NCBI GenBank assembly: GCA_021613535.1
Contig: CP075494.1
Coordinates: forward strand, 12,710,001-12,774,000
From: Adineta vaga
Taxonomy: Eukaryota; Animalia; Rotifera
Reading direction: 5' to 3'
DNA length: 64,000 nt
The position numbers and the translations under genes were made by a program. Positions 56,400 through 64,000 of this stretch are shown in pieces; positions within the stretch are counted from its first letter, which is position 1; the number at the start of each line of letters is the position of its first letter. The notes beneath the pieces were generated by a model. That model saw only the letters and a list, made by a program, of their open reading frames with translations, was not told where the DNA came from and searched no databases.

Positions 56400-57493
56400 A
56401 TGTCAATAGCAATAATTTACGAGATTCGTCAACAATTAGGTTATTATGGTATACCAACATTGATAGTTACGGGAAATATTGGTAATTTGTTTCTCGTATT
56501 TATGTTAGTACGCTCATTGAAACATAATCCTAATTCATGTTCACTCTATTTACTTTTTTCATCATTTGGCAATATATTTGTTATTAATACAGCATTAGTT
56601 TCTACTTTGTATGGTATGGTTCAATTAGAACCAACTCATTCATCGAATGTTCTCTGTAAATTACGATGGTTTGGTGGTCATGTATTATTTATGCTATCAC
56701 GATGCTGTAGTAAGTTCTTATTTCTTGACAAAATTCTCTTATATAAAGTATTCCTTATTTCTAGTGGTTGCAGCATGTATCGATCGGTGGGCCCTTTGTT
56801 CTCAGAATGTAAAAATTCGGTCTTTTTGTCAAGTACATGTAGCTCGTCGTGTAATTATAATAATATTCTTAATATCTATTATATTACCAGCTCCATTATT
56901 TCTTTACTATGACAATAGTTCTGGTCGATGTATTCTTACTCCACTTTATGCTTTAGCTTATACAATCTTTTCATTTCTTGCTATCAGTATTATTCCTTTA
57001 TTCCTGATGATTATATTCAGTGTATTGACTAGTCACAATTTACATACAATACGATCACGTGTTTTACCTCAAGGAAATACCGTACAGAATATTCGCATAC
57101 ACAAACGTGATCATGATTTAGTGAAAATGTTAGTCGGTGAAGTATTTGTTTACTGTTTCACTCAATCTATATTTCCGGTCAATACCATGTATGGATATTT
57201 TACAAGTTTTTTCACAGCTGATAAAAGTCAAATGCGAATAGCTGTTGAATCGCTAATTTCTTTTATTATTCATCCTCTACTTTCGTTTACTCATTGTTGT
57301 ACGCAATTTTATAGTAAGTAGTTTATTTGATAATTCTACAATTAACAGGTTAATCTTTTTCTTTTATCTTTTAGTTTGTATACTAGTTTCACGTAGTTTT
57401 CGAAAAGAATTTATACATTTCTTTCATCGTCGAGCTGTACAACGCAATTTGACAAGATCTGTCGGAAGACCAACAGAACATAGACATATTTAA
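56400..57493 (+). CDS. Rhodopsin-like (class A) GPCR, divergent, 3 exons
   Basis: TM1 GNIGN, NSCSLYL, LCKLR, ACIDRW (DRY-like), TM5 IIPLFLMIIFSVLT, KRDHDLVKML, C-terminal FYI..LVSRSFRKEF. Confidence 0.88.
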
Positions 57494-57694
57494 AAATTAT
57501 CTGAAAAACTTTATCTATTTACCTATTTTTATTTTTATTCGAGCGAACTGAACGCGTTCTACTGACATAGATTTTATCTAAGATTAATCTTGCGAAGTAT
57601 GTTGTAAATGCAGTTGTTATAGAAACAAAATCTGTCATTTGTCAGAGCACATCATGTCATTTAATTTTAATCTTAAGAATCTTTTCTTCTATCC

Positions 57695-58673
57695 TTAATT
57701 TCGTATAATTAAATAGAGATGTTCTTCTACTCGTCGTAATCTTTGATTATTATGTTGATTAAATTCTACCGTTGTATCAATAATTTCAACAAGTTCAATG
57801 GTACATGATGAACCTATAAAATTCGAATATGAAATTGATTATGTATTATAAAGAATAATTACCAAACAATTGATCTATATCAGTTGTAGTCACACGATGA
57901 GGAGGACCTGTAAATAAAGGAATTAAATGAATATCAATAGATCAAATGTACAAACCAGTGAAATCTAAATCATCATAATAACTAGCAAGAAGATAAAGTC
58001 GTGTATGTTTTGGTGTCATTATTTGTAAAAGAATATCTCGATATCTAGAATGAGAACAAGTAGTTTTGACAAAGATTGAAAATCTATACCAACTGTTGTC
58101 GATCTGAAACATTAATTGCTACGAATCCACCGCGATCAAAAATCCAATCAATAGTTGGTAATGGGCTATAGATATATTTTATTTATTCAAGCAAAATTAG
58201 TTTAGAAAAATAGTTACCGATTGAACGTAAAAAAATCCATACAAAAAATTGTGACAGAACGATCAATACCCTAAATTAATAGGTGAATTAATGAGATAAT
58301 CAATTTCTTGTAGTTACTTGATAAATTTGACATCTATTATTCTCATCAGTTTCAATTTCATGCGTAATATTATTTTCTTCGAAAAATGCTTCCACACCTA
58401 ATTGAATATATTCAATACCAATAACTTGATGACCAGCATCTAGTGCTGCCTTCATGTCAACTGTTTTACCACACAGAGGAAATAAAATACATTGTCGTTG
58501 ATTCAGATTTGTTATTTTTGAAAGTATATGTTTATCAAAATGTCTTTAAAATAATACCACGTAGATTAAATTAATCAAATGAGAATTTACTTATTTATAG
58601 TCAATCGATTGAATCCAATCTTACCGAAAAGCCATCGATCATTCCAGTAAGACTGATCAACTACTTTTGGCAT
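57695..58673 (-). CDS. TPMT: Thiopurine S-methyltransferase family SAM-dependent methyltransferase, multi-exon (absent from the ORF track)
   Basis: MPKVVDQSYWNDRW..GKIGF, ILFPLCGKTVDM...GHQVIGIE, FFEEN, IFCMDFF, WIFDRGGFVAIN..DRQQY, GPPH.V, EEHLYLI*. Confidence 0.92.
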
Positions 58674-58882
58674 GTGTTGCTGTCGGCGTTCATTATTCAA
58701 TGCCGTCATTATTTTCTAACCTCTAAAGTATATGGTTTCTATCGTACGACTATATTTTATGTATATCATCATTCTGTTTTTGTGTTATCAATATTTAATC
58801 TGACTCATTGTAAGATATATGATTTACCGTAAGCGCCTTTTCTTTGCTATTCTTTCATTTCGCATAACAATAAGTATGTTTA

Positions 58883-59087
58883 TACTAGGCGATGCGATAA
58901 GCAGGAGCGTTTATGAAGTCCTGCGCGATTTTTCTTGCTTTCGTTATGCCTACCTCGACATACACATATAAACTTGTCATTTTGTGCTGCGATGATCTCG
59001 CCAACTGTAGATCAGAAAAAAATGGCTGAATTAGCAGACGAAAATATGGAGCTCGTAACCGAATTCTACTTATCGCATCGCATTCTA
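58883..59087. mobile_element. MITE-like element (about 205 bp) with imperfect terminal inverted repeats and TA flanks
   Basis: GCGATGCGATAAG (58889-58901) and its exact reverse complement CTTATCGCATCGC (59069-59081), with degenerate pairing continuing about 20 nt inward; TA at 58881-58882 and 59088-59089; GC-richer than flanks. Confidence 0.6.
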
Positions 59088-59339
59088 TAGTCGAATGAAG
59101 CTCGAATACCATCTAGCTGTTTTCTTTTTTCGAAAGAAATTATAGACTTATGTCAGAACAAATAAAAATGTTTGGAAAAAAGTAAAGATTTATAGAGCGG
59201 GTAACACTTTTATCATCATCATCATCATCAGTGAGTTTAAGATTTTTGCAGCAAGTATAAAAAAATATAATCAATGACAAGCACCAAATTGGCAAATTGG
59301 AAGGAAACTCAATAGATGATTGTAACTTCAAAAGAAGAA

Positions 59340-60129
59340 CGTCATCGTCGATGACTCGGTATTCTGAATGTAAGAAATACCGTTCTTATATGGTTAGACA
59401 ATAATGTCGACAAAAATAATGAAAATTACAAAACATACAATTAATCAAAACTATTATAGATCGTAAGAATTTTATAATTATTTCGACTACACTTGAAAAT
59501 CAAAGATATTTTCACAAAAATAACATCTAATTTTGAACCTCTCTAACGAACTGCTCAACGATGTGAACAAAATGCAGTATGCATGAGTTTTGTGAGGACG
59601 GGGAAAAACTTGGATCAACTCAATTCATCTTTTGTGAACACACAAATTCTGAAAGAAACATTATTCACTATTAACTTCGATGACAAACACATTCGAGAAT
59701 ACGTAGAATGTTGTCGCTAGATTTTTGCTAATAATCCAAAAGAATTGAAAAATATCATCATAGAAAATCCATCTGATGATATTCCTCTGATTGTTTCTTA
59801 TTTTCCATCCATCGATAGATTGAACAACTGCATAGCGAACAGCATAGGGTGGTACAAACTAGGTTTAGTATCACTTAGATTGGATCAAAAAAGAAATGGC
59901 TGAAGAATTTTTTAAGAGACTCCGTAATAAGACAACAATTGAAAATGAAAAGGCTACAAACTCTATGCAACTTAGTATGATCAAGCACAAGCAAGGAGAA
60001 TATCAAGAAGCAGTAATGCTCATTGAAGAATCGATTAATACGTACGAAATTATGTTTCTTGAGAATCATCCTGAATTGGCCATGCCCTATGACAATATTG
60101 GCCTCGTATATGAAGAAATAAATGACTGA
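59340..60129 (+). pseudogene. Decayed, internally deleted member of the 'WLD'-domain/ART/TPR protein family
   Basis: NTVLIWLDNNVDKNNE (WLD at 59391-59399), AQRCEQNAVCMSF...KNLDQLNSSFVNTQILKETLFTINFDDKHIREYVECCR*IFANNPKELKNI (in-frame TAG 59718-59720), then GWYKLG, a frameshift near 59890 and a TPR (QGEYQEAV...HPELAMPYDNIGLVY). Confidence 0.75.
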
Positions 60130-60521
60130 TTCTATTTATGTACTCTTCAATTGAATATATTGAAGAATATTTCACCGATAAAACGTGCCTTCATATTTTT
60201 GAGAGTAGTCACCTTCCTTCTTATTCTTCTATATAAGTAAGTGGTTTTTTTTGGTTTCTCTTCGTATCTTGTGTGTCATAAATAAAATATTTGTGTCGGT
60301 TTTGTAAACGTGTGACACATCGTAGTATACTGATTACAAAAAAAAACAACGCATGCCTTGTGTCTCATAGGTTTCAACCTCGTTTCTGAGTCAATTTTAT
60401 TTACTGAGTTAATAAGAATGACACATTATATTCATTTATGCATTAAATCATGTGAAATTGATCATCTAGATTGTCTCGTAACGTTTTCGAGGAAAATAAA
60501 TATATTGCATGATACTTATTA

Positions 60522-60548
<27 letters not shown>
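60522..60548. repeat. (TA)n microsatellite just upstream of the 60589 ORF
   Basis: Perfect AT dinucleotide run. Confidence 0.9.
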
Positions 60549-60552
<4 letters not shown>

Positions 60553-60588
60553 CGATTCGTTACATCAGTATCTATCAACATAATTTCA

Positions 60589-61143
60589 ATGGCATTAACT
60601 GATCGTGTTCAAATTATTTGGTTAGGTGTTTATGTTCCTGAAGATGCTGGATGTTACGCCTTTGAACGAATATCAAACAGTGCATCTAATGTAACATATG
60701 CTCGTACGTTTATTTCAATTATAGAAGAAAATGTTGGTCGAATTCTGTTCGTTCATAATTATCAGAGAGCATTGGAATTGATCAGAACTCATTGTGACAA
60801 ACAAATTATTTTTATTGCATCAGATTGTCTTGATCAAGATACGATATCGTCGATTCAAGTGGATTATCCAAATATTTATAGATTCTACATCTTTTCACAC
60901 AACATCACTTGTCATAATCAAATCAGCTCAAATGAAAGATGTCATTTGAAGATCTTCGATAAAGAAACGGATTTACTTGTTCAAGCGTTATGTGATATGT
61001 CGAATGATATAATTAAACAAGTTGAAATGTGTTTAGAAACAAATGATTTAAAACAAGGATTTCATTTTTTAAAATATTCATTAATTTTAACTATGAAATT
61101 AACTGAATTTAATACGAAAATGTATCTGACAATGTTAAATTAA
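60589..61143 (+). CDS. Stand-alone 'WLD'-type domain protein, paralogue 1 (most divergent, 184 aa)
   Basis: Uninterrupted ORF; IIWLG, KQIIFIASD, FYIFS, KIFDKETDLLVQ align with the downstream paralogues. Confidence 0.7.
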   Translation: MALTDRVQIIWLGVYVPEDAGCYAFERISNSASNVTYARTFISIIEENVGRILFVHNYQRALELIRTHCDKQIIFIASDCLDQDTISSIQVDYPNIYRFYIFSHNITCHNQISSNERCHLKIFDKETDLLVQALCDMSNDIIKQVEMCLETNDLKQGFHFLKYSLILTMKLTEFNTKMYLTMLN

Positions 61144-61304
61144 TTGTTGGAAAAATCACAAGGCCATCTATAAACATAAGCAAATCATGTTTGTTTTCTT
61201 TTTCGTTTTTCAATGAAATTTATCGTATAGCTGAGTACGTTTTCGTGACGCTAGAAGAACAAGAAAAATAATAACGTCATCATAATCAGATGAAAATGTG
61301 AGTT

Positions 61305-61315
61305 GGATTTTTCCC
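61305..61315 (-). promoter_or_regulatory. kappaB-like (Rel/Dorsal-type) site upstream of paralogue 2
   Basis: GGATTTTTCCC, reverse complement GGGAAAAATCC. Confidence 0.35.
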
Positions 61316-61560
61316 TCGTACAAGTTTTTCTTCCGGAAAAAATTATGCAAATATCTAATTTAAACTTATTTTTGAGGATGCCCAAGATAAAAATATGCTT
61401 AAAAATATATTACTCATATTTAGTTGGCAAAATTAGTCATTAATCCATAGTTTAAATACAATCGTCTTACGGATAAAAATGGTATATTAAGAGCTACTTT
61501 TCGAGAGCACAACTATGTTTGTATCTTATTTTCATTGATTCTTTTCTGTTTTAGATAAAG

Positions 61561-62274
61561 ATGTCCAATGCTGTACATGCATCTAGTGAAGAAATACCTA
61601 ATCATATTATCGTTTGGCTCGATTTATATATTGGAGATCCAGACAAATATGAAATTTTAAAAGCAGCTTTTTCCACTACAACTGATCCAAATCATAACGA
61701 TCCTATACCATTGTTTGACAAAAATTTGTCAGAAATCTATCGTACTGTGGGTTTTGAAGGTGTAACATTTTCATTAGCAGCCTTCACAAATGTTGAACGT
61801 TGTGTAGAATTTTTACTAGCAAACGAACATCGAAAGATCTTTATGATAACATCCGGTCAAATGGGACGTGCAGTTTTACCATTAATTGCATTTAAATGTC
61901 AAGATGTTTTTGCTGATCGAGAAACGAAAAAACTCTGTCAACATATATATGTTTTTTGTCATAGTATCAAACGTAATATGGATTGGATGATAGACTACAC
62001 TGAGTATATCGCATCTTCATTCGTTTTTGAAAAAGATTTATTAGTACGTATGATATTTGATATTGCCAATTATTTTTTATCGAAAGGTAAACGTTTATTT
62101 GAGAGTGGATCTCAAAATTATCCAACTGCTCTTATTCATCTCACTTGGGTACGTACTCTTTATGATCGATATCGAACATTGCAAACGGTTCAGTTATTAA
62201 AAGAATTTGCCGAAGTTGATAGACTTATTGAACAAGTAGAAAATGCAATGAGAACATTGGACGATGAAGAATAA
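61561..62274 (+). CDS. Stand-alone 'WLD'-type domain protein, paralogue 2 (237 aa)
   Basis: Uninterrupted ORF; IPNHIIVWLDLYIG.P..Y..LK.AF, RKIFMITSGQMG, HIYVFC, DW..DY, FEKDLLVR; probable 5'-UTR intron 61482-61554. Confidence 0.8.
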   Translation: MSNAVHASSEEIPNHIIVWLDLYIGDPDKYEILKAAFSTTTDPNHNDPIPLFDKNLSEIYRTVGFEGVTFSLAAFTNVERCVEFLLANEHRKIFMITSGQMGRAVLPLIAFKCQDVFADRETKKLCQHIYVFCHSIKRNMDWMIDYTEYIASSFVFEKDLLVRMIFDIANYFLSKGKRLFESGSQNYPTALIHLTWVRTLYDRYRTLQTVQLLKEFAEVDRLIEQVENAMRTLDDEE

Positions 62275-62474
62275 TTTATCAGGAATTCTTTTTATAAGAA
62301 AAAAATATCTTGTTTTTCTTGTAATAAAAATATAAATTCTATCTCATACTTTCTACCAATTCATTTCTCTTCACGATTGAATTATGAAACAGAAAATGAA
62401 TGATTAAATATGATACATTTTATCAAAAAAAAAACACAGAAGTACTTGCATGTTTTTATTGGATACAGTATGTT

Positions 62475-62484
62475 GGAAATTCCC
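62475..62484 (-). promoter_or_regulatory. Canonical NF-kappaB consensus site upstream of paralogue 3
   Basis: GGAAATTCCC, reverse complement GGGAATTTCC, a full match to GGGRNNYYCC, about 135 nt before the ATG. Confidence 0.5.
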
Positions 62485-62617
62485 AACTTAACATTATTTT
62501 CTTACAATAAATTCTCATGCGTCTTTTTTACGCGCATCATTGATAAAAATTGGTAAGTATGCAAATGTTTTCTTCTTCCTCTTCTCAGCGTATAACTGAT
62601 TTCAGAATAATTCCACG

Positions 62618-63415
62618 ATGGCTGAATTAAGACTAGAAATTCCTGATGATCATGATTATCCTGCACCAGATCATATGATTATTTGGCTTGATGATCATAT
62701 TGGCAAACCAAATGAATATAAGAAAATTAAAAGCGCATTCAGTAGTAATATCGATCCTCGACACCAAACTTGGACAACATTAACTGATCCTGATTATGAG
62801 AAACTTGTTCAAGAAAATAATGCTAAATCAGTACGCTTTGCTGACATTCCCATGCTTTTATTAACATGCGACAATATTATAAAATGTTATGAGGCATTTG
62901 AAGCGAATAAAGACAGACATATTTATTTTATTACATCTGGAACTTTGGGTAAATTTATTATACCAAGACTTATTGAAAGACATCAACAGCTGTTCAAAGA
63001 TCCAATTACTAAAAAACCTTATTCTTCAATCTATATATTCTGTGGATATACTGTACATCATTATGAATGGTTGGTGGATTTTCGAGACCACGTACAAGTA
63101 TTCGATCATGAAGATATTTTATTAGCACGTTTAACACACGATGTTGCTCAAAATTTTGTCGAACAAGGTGAATATTGTATCAACGAATCTCTTGCTCGAT
63201 TTCAACGATCAAAAAAAGTTTTAAATCGTTATTTAGCAATGGGTGAAGTTTGTGCGAGCGATCTGGAACATGTGGAAAAAATGATAGCAAATGTTGAGCG
63301 AATTTTGAAACCAAATATAGCCAATCCTCATGTAGAAGATAGTATTATTGTTGATAATATTATTCAGCAAAATAATGACGATGATAATGTACAAGTAAGT
63401 CAAGCAACCAGCTAA
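62618..63415 (+). CDS. Stand-alone 'WLD'-type domain protein, paralogue 3 (265 aa)
   Basis: Uninterrupted ORF; APDHMIIWLDDHIG.P..Y..IK.AF, RHIYFITSGTLG, SIYIFC, EW..DF, FDHEDILLAR; probable 5'-UTR intron starting at 62553. Confidence 0.8.
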   Translation: MAELRLEIPDDHDYPAPDHMIIWLDDHIGKPNEYKKIKSAFSSNIDPRHQTWTTLTDPDYEKLVQENNAKSVRFADIPMLLLTCDNIIKCYEAFEANKDRHIYFITSGTLGKFIIPRLIERHQQLFKDPITKKPYSSIYIFCGYTVHHYEWLVDFRDHVQVFDHEDILLARLTHDVAQNFVEQGEYCINESLARFQRSKKVLNRYLAMGEVCASDLEHVEKMIANVERILKPNIANPHVEDSIIVDNIIQQNNDDDNVQVSQATS

Positions 63416-63832
63416 TAGATTTATCTTGTATCGCTATCTTTTCTTGATAAACAATAAATATTGTGTGTTTAGTTTGTCTGTAGTGTTCTATTTCTTATTT
63501 TAATAAATTATAAATAGAAAAACATCGCCGATAGCATTCGACATTGTTCTTATTATCATATGCATTTCAAGAAAATCTTCTTCATGATTCTATCTTTCAT
63601 GAAATTTCATAGATATTGAATAAAACTCGTTTTCGATTGTTGGTATCTTCCAACATAATTTCACGTGTTATGTATAACCACGAATAATGTTTTTTTCTTT
63701 TCTTTTTCTTCTTGTTATTGCTGACGCATAGTTATTTTTGTTGATTATGATAAAAAATATTAACCAATAGATTCTTTTCACTTTTCTATCAAGTATTTTT
63801 TTTTTGTTTTCTTTTTGAGGTTTCAATCTACA

Positions 63833-64000
63833 ATGGCTGCATCGTTAAACTCTAGATTTGTACCTGATTTTGTTATTGTTTGGTTAGATGGTAATGTAGC
63901 TCAAATTCGAAACAATGTTTCGAGTAAAACAGATTTAGCTAATAATGCTAATCTAAATGCTGCACCAACAAACAATCGTTCTCATGATATTGATAATTTT
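63833..64000 (+). CDS. 'WLD'-type domain protein, paralogue 4 (runs off the window)
   Basis: MAASLNSRFVPDFVIVWLDGNVAQIRNNVSSKTDLANNANLNAAPTNNRSHDIDNF, open to the edge; shares the PDxxIxWLD start. Confidence 0.7.
   Translation, partial: MAASLNSRFVPDFVIVWLDGNVAQIRNNVSSKTDLANNANLNAAPTNNRSHDIDNF

Noticed and set aside
57695-58673. TPMT as a horizontally acquired gene
   Set aside because: Multiple introns and a DRGGFVAIN motif close to the animal form; nothing in the sequence supports foreign origin.
58885-59112. 75-aa minus-strand ORF
   Set aside because: Coincides with the MITE-like element; no recognisable domain.
1-64000. CRISPR arrays, rRNA, intact tRNA genes or autonomous transposons
   Set aside because: No regular repeat-spacer array, rRNA-like block, convincing cloverleaf, reverse transcriptase or DDE catalytic motif was seen by eye; a covariance-model scan was not possible.

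Overview
AT-rich, gene-dense eukaryotic DNA with very short (about 45-70 nt) GT-AG introns. The intron size, an NHL-repeat gene, a divergent class A GPCR and a TPR/ART-family relic suggest a bdelloid rotifer (inference, not proven). About 24 protein-coding loci can be assembled by hand-splicing: an HTH + zinc-finger protein, a secreted NHL-repeat protein, CFAP96/C4orf47, guanylate kinase, BUD31, Nup153-like, C2CD3, a small protein with a CEP290-like C-terminus, a P2X receptor, an RRM/coiled-coil protein, a short coiled-coil ORF, an unknown protein, ARMC9, DDX28, NO VEIN-like GHKL ATPase-nuclease, GALNT, ARFRP1, SEH1, a GPCR and TPMT, followed by an accessory end. That end holds a MITE-like element, a decayed 'WLD'-domain/TPR pseudogene and a tandem array of at least four intronless-CDS paralogues made of a stand-alone 'WLD' (receiver-like) domain, two with kappaB-like sites upstream. 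This array is the best candidate for an undescribed system. Other highlights are operon-like gene junctions, a probable domesticated transposase DNA-binding domain, X-box-like motifs at ciliary genes and a structured intergenic hairpin. All identifications come from motif recognition without database searches; exon boundaries are manual.
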